Positions 60,448-64,000 of a stretch of 64,000 bases of DNA are shown here, in pieces. Numbering within the stretch: position 1 is the first letter of the stretch; every line of letters begins with the position of its first letter. The notes under the pieces were generated by a model. That model was given only the letters and a program-made list of their open reading frames with translations. It made no database searches and had not been told where the DNA came from. A program made the position numbers and the translations under genes. This stretch comes from an uncultured candidate division Zixibacteria bacterium (GTDB lineage: Bacteria; Zixibacteria; MSB-5A5; UBA10806; 4484-95): positions 224,001 to 288,000 of the forward strand of contig CAXXKA010000006.1 in the NCBI GenBank assembly GCA_963668625.2. The letters run 5' to 3'.

Positions 60448-62778
60448 TTGGTAATGAGAGAATATATCGGTAAATATTGGTGGCGAGTTGCCGGTCCGAT
60501 TTTAGGTTTATTGTTAGCGGCAGTGTTACTCGATAGCCTGGTCTTTCCATTGCCGAATGACCGGCTATTCAAGCAATCGGCCAAATTCGTTTACAGCCGG
60601 GATCATCAGTTGATTAACGCTTATTTATCATCCGATGATTACTGGCGTAAACAGATCGAACTGAAACGAATTTCGCCGATATTGATTGGAAGTGTGCTTG
60701 CTTCCGAGGATAGATGGTTTTACTTCCATCCCGGCGTAAATCTCGTGTCGCTTGTCAATGCCGCTATCGATAATGTCAAAGCCGGTAAGATAATCCGTGG
60801 CGGTTCCACGATCACCATGCAAATCGCCCGTATGATGGAGCCTAAACCACGCACTATCAAATCCAAGTTGATCGAGATACTACGTTCGTTTCAACTCGAG
60901 GCACATTTTACCAAGGATGAATTGCTGGAGATGTATTTCAACCTCGCCCCCTATGGAGGCAATATCGAGGGAGTAGGCGCAGCCTCGTATTTCTATTTCG
61001 ATAAGCCTCCCTCCGAGTTGACTGTCGCCCAGACGGCTTTGCTGACTATACTGCCCAATTCACCCTCGCTTCTGAATCCTACGAAAGATATCGACGCCTG
61101 CATTATCGGTAGGAACAAGGTACTGGATGTTTTACTGAGCCGGGGCCTCATCACCAGAGCCGAATACGATGATGCATTACTGGAAACGATTAATCCGGTT
61201 ATCACCGCGCCGCCCGATCACGCGCCACATTTCTGCCGTGATTTCGCGCTTGCGGCCTCAGGCGGTACCGAAGTGATGACGACTATCGATATGGATATAC
61301 AAAATCATTGTCACGAGATTTTGAAAAACTATCGTTATGTTCTCCAGGCGCGTGATATCCATAACGCCTCGCTGGTGGTATTGGATAACATGACCGGCGA
61401 ATTGCTGGCAATGATAGGCTCGATTGATTTTAACGATAACCGTAATCAGGGACAGGTAAACGGCTCTATAGCAGCCAGGTCGCCAGGGTCAACATTGAAA
61501 CCATTCGTCTATGCCCTGGCGATGGATAAAGGTTTGATCTCGCCGAATATGTACCTTGAGGATCTGCCGGTTTATTACTCGGGTTATTCGCCGGAAAATT
61601 TCGATGATTCCTACAGCGGTATCGTTTCCGCCTCGGATGCTCTCAAGCAGTCGCTGAACGTGCCGGCGGTGAATTTGGCCTCGAAAGTCGGGCTGAATGA
61701 TTATTTCGATATTTTAAAACGCGGCGGCCTTTCGACGCTCGAAGGGAAATATTACGATTACGGCCTGCCCCTGGTGCTCGGTTCCTGCGAGATCAAATTA
61801 GTCGAACTTGCCAATCTGTACCGGGCACTGGCAAACTCGGGTATTTATTCACACTACAAAACGGAATTAAACTCGATTACGTTGTCTGCCGACACTCTGT
61901 ATTCCACCGGGGCTTCATATATTGTCACCGAAATATTATCCGAATTGAAACGTCCCGAATTCCCCGCTAGCTGGGAGTTCTCGGAAAATATTCCCAGGAT
62001 AGCCTGGAAAACCGGCACCTCGTATGGTCGTAAGGATGCCTGGTCTGTCGGCTACAATCCGCAATATACCGTGGCGGTATGGGCGGGCAACTTCGATGCT
62101 CAACCCTCGCCCGAATTAATCGGCGCTGAAGCCGCGGCGCCGATACTTTTCGATATATTCACCGCGCTAACCTCTAAAAGCAAAGGCGGTTGGTTCGAGC
62201 GTCCGAAGGAGGTCGATACGAGGCTGGTTTGCGCCGCCAGTGGACTTCTGCCGGGGACATACTGCGAGTCAACTGTCGAGGAGATGTATATCCCCGGCGT
62301 CTCGCCCACATTCAGATGCGAAATCCATAAAGAGATTCTAGTAGATAGTAAAACCGGTCACAAGCTCTGTCGATATTGCCGGCAGGGAAAAGAATGTAAC
62401 CATGAGATATACGAGGTATGGCCTGCTAAGATTGCCACCTGGCTATCGAAAACCGGCAACGTACTTAAAACCGTCCCGAATCATAATCCCGAATGCCGTG
62501 GGGTGTACTATGGCGACCGACCGATTATAAATTCGCCTAAAGAGGATGTCGAATATTTCATACGGGGTCATATTCCTCTCGAGCAACAATGTATCATGCT
62601 GGATGCCTCGGTAGCCTCGGGCGCGAAAACCATTTACTGGTTCGTTGATGGCGTATTATTCTGCGATAGCGCCCCCGGCAAAAAGGCGTTTTATCAGCCT
62701 GAACCCGGTATTCATACGATTTTATGCAGTGATGACCAGGGGAGATCGAGTTCGATCGATATCGAGATTATCAATTAA
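60448..62778 (+). CDS. pbpC: Penicillin-binding protein 1C
   Basis: EDRWFYFHPGVN, GGSTITMQ, GSTLKPF, SLN, KTGTS, PBP1C C-terminal domain; canonical pairing with A2M. Confidence 0.93.
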   Translation: MVMREYIGKYWWRVAGPILGLLLAAVLLDSLVFPLPNDRLFKQSAKFVYSRDHQLINAYLSSDDYWRKQIELKRISPILIGSVLASEDRWFYFHPGVNLVSLVNAAIDNVKAGKIIRGGSTITMQIARMMEPKPRTIKSKLIEILRSFQLEAHFTKDELLEMYFNLAPYGGNIEGVGAASYFYFDKPPSELTVAQTALLTILPNSPSLLNPTKDIDACIIGRNKVLDVLLSRGLITRAEYDDALLETINPVITAPPDHAPHFCRDFALAASGGTEVMTTIDMDIQNHCHEILKNYRYVLQARDIHNASLVVLDNMTGELLAMIGSIDFNDNRNQGQVNGSIAARSPGSTLKPFVYALAMDKGLISPNMYLEDLPVYYSGYSPENFDDSYSGIVSASDALKQSLNVPAVNLASKVGLNDYFDILKRGGLSTLEGKYYDYGLPLVLGSCEIKLVELANLYRALANSGIYSHYKTELNSITLSADTLYSTGASYIVTEILSELKRPEFPASWEFSENIPRIAWKTGTSYGRKDAWSVGYNPQYTVAVWAGNFDAQPSPELIGAEAAAPILFDIFTALTSKSKGGWFERPKEVDTRLVCAASGLLPGTYCESTVEEMYIPGVSPTFRCEIHKEILVDSKTGHKLCRYCRQGKECNHEIYEVWPAKIATWLSKTGNVLKTVPNHNPECRGVYYGDRPIINSPKEDVEYFIRGHIPLEQQCIMLDASVASGAKTIYWFVDGVLFCDSAPGKKAFYQPEPGIHTILCSDDQGRSSSIDIEIIN

Positions 62779-62829
62779 TGGTTGTGTTTTTCTAAGCTCA
62801 TGTATATATATTCCGATTAGGTAATTAAC

Positions 62830-63729
62830 ATGACAGATAATAAACCCGAAATATCAATCATTATTCCGGCTTATAACGAGGCCGAGGGCATACGGGCGAC
62901 TATCGATGAGCTACTGAGTTTCGTCGAAAAACGGAACTGGGAGATATTGGTTGTCAACGATGGTTCCACTGATGAGACGCTTTCGATTCTCAGCGAATTC
63001 GAATCCCTCAAGATAGTCAACCATCCGGTTAACAAAGGTTATGGAGCCTCGCTAAAAACCGGTATTGAGAATGCCTCGGCAGATACAGTAGTGTTTTTCG
63101 ATGGCGATGGTCAGCATAATCCCGAGGATATCCCGAAGCTTCTGGGAAAACTGCCGGGGGCCGATATGGTAGTCGGACAGAGGTTGAAAGGCTCAAGCGG
63201 GGTTTGGGTCAGGAAGCCGGGGAAATGGGTGCTGGGTAAAGTCGCGAATTTTCTGGCAAACAGAAAAATACCGGATCTCAATTCCGGCCTTCGAGCGATA
63301 AAGAGAGATATTATCGGATCGATGCTCGAGATTTTCCCGGATGGTTTCTCGTTTTCTACGACAAGTACGATCGCGTTTTTTAAACTGGGCTATAGTATCG
63401 CTTACGTGCCGATTACTACTCGCGGCCGTGTCGGTAAAAGTACGATCAAGCAGGCCAAGCATGGCCCGGAGGTGATCCTTCTGATTCTACGGCTGATAAC
63501 GTTGTTCAGCCCGCTACGGATATTTATCAATGTCGCCCTGCTACTGTTCATAGTCGGTTTCGGATATCAGACAGAGGAGATAATCCGTCACGGCTGGCAT
63601 ATTGTAAACGGCGCGTTACTCCTGATAATATCCTCGGTACTTGTTTTTCTATTCGGCTTAATAGCCGATCAATTATCGAACCTCAGGCTTTCGCTGTTGA
63701 AAATCGGAAAGAAAAATACCTCGGACTAG
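62830..63729 (+). CDS. Glycosyltransferase family 2 (polyprenol-phosphate glycosyltransferase-like) with two C-terminal TMs
   Basis: IIIPAYNE, VNDGSTD, NKGYG, DGDGQH, DLNSG. Confidence 0.9.
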   Translation: MTDNKPEISIIIPAYNEAEGIRATIDELLSFVEKRNWEILVVNDGSTDETLSILSEFESLKIVNHPVNKGYGASLKTGIENASADTVVFFDGDGQHNPEDIPKLLGKLPGADMVVGQRLKGSSGVWVRKPGKWVLGKVANFLANRKIPDLNSGLRAIKRDIIGSMLEIFPDGFSFSTTSTIAFFKLGYSIAYVPITTRGRVGKSTIKQAKHGPEVILLILRLITLFSPLRIFINVALLLFIVGFGYQTEEIIRHGWHIVNGALLLIISSVLVFLFGLIADQLSNLRLSLLKIGKKNTSD

Positions 63730-63967
63730 CAACCGGTATGTTTTTTGATCTCTTGCGAATAACATGTTGATATGGAAGTAGTTGACCATAAGTTATATTT
63801 GACAGGCTTCTCTTTAATACAATAGGTATTTCCACCAAACGTATGCAATCGACATGGATGATTTCCCTTGATTCTTAATCTTTTATTGCTTATGTATTAT
63901 GCCGTCGATAGGCCTGATTACAGGTTTTGTGTTGAGTAATATTATTTTTCGATAAATGGAGGATAAA

Positions 63968-64000
63968 GTGGAAGCTTTCTTGAAAGATCTTGGAATAAAA
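63968..64000 (+). CDS. Start of a CDS truncated by the window end; product not determinable
   Basis: GGAGG RBS, then GTG and the open frame MEAFLKDLGIK. Confidence 0.5.
   Translation, partial: MEAFLKDLGIK

Overview
A 64 kb chromosomal window from a diderm, probably anaerobic bacterium using genetic code 11. The dockerin-tailed peptidases resemble those of FCB-related lineages such as candidate phylum Zixibacteria (inference). In order it holds: a metal-uptake operon (His-rich RAPP-ending leader ORF, His-rich lipoprotein, ZnuD-like TonB receptor); an ADP-forming acyl-CoA synthetase; an asnB-ACP-AMP ligase-nadE cassette; an AT-rich DUF3800-like gene followed by GTAG-tipped hairpins and a direct repeat; a TonB receptor-exosortase-EpsI operon; a TetR-LolA-like-barrel-MMPL operon; an intact IS256-family element; dockerin-bearing C25 and C1A peptidases; tolB-pal-cpoB; tRNA-Ser; an RND pump whose TolC is fused to a solute-binding domain; an hdrCB / GlnE-like / korDABC / hdrA-mvhD-hdrD-hdrA::mvhD redox cluster; alpha-2-macroglobulin-pbpC; and a GT2. 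Both hdrA genes are split in the ORF track by an in-frame TGA in a CxxU motif followed by a covarying SECIS-like hairpin, so they are most likely selenoproteins. The best novelty candidates are the His-type RAPP arrest-peptide metal sensor, the DUF3800 gene with its structured repeat RNA, and the hydrogenase-free seleno-Hdr/Kor cluster with a divergent GlnE-like tandem nucleotidyltransferase. All family calls come from motifs recognised by eye; no database searches were run.
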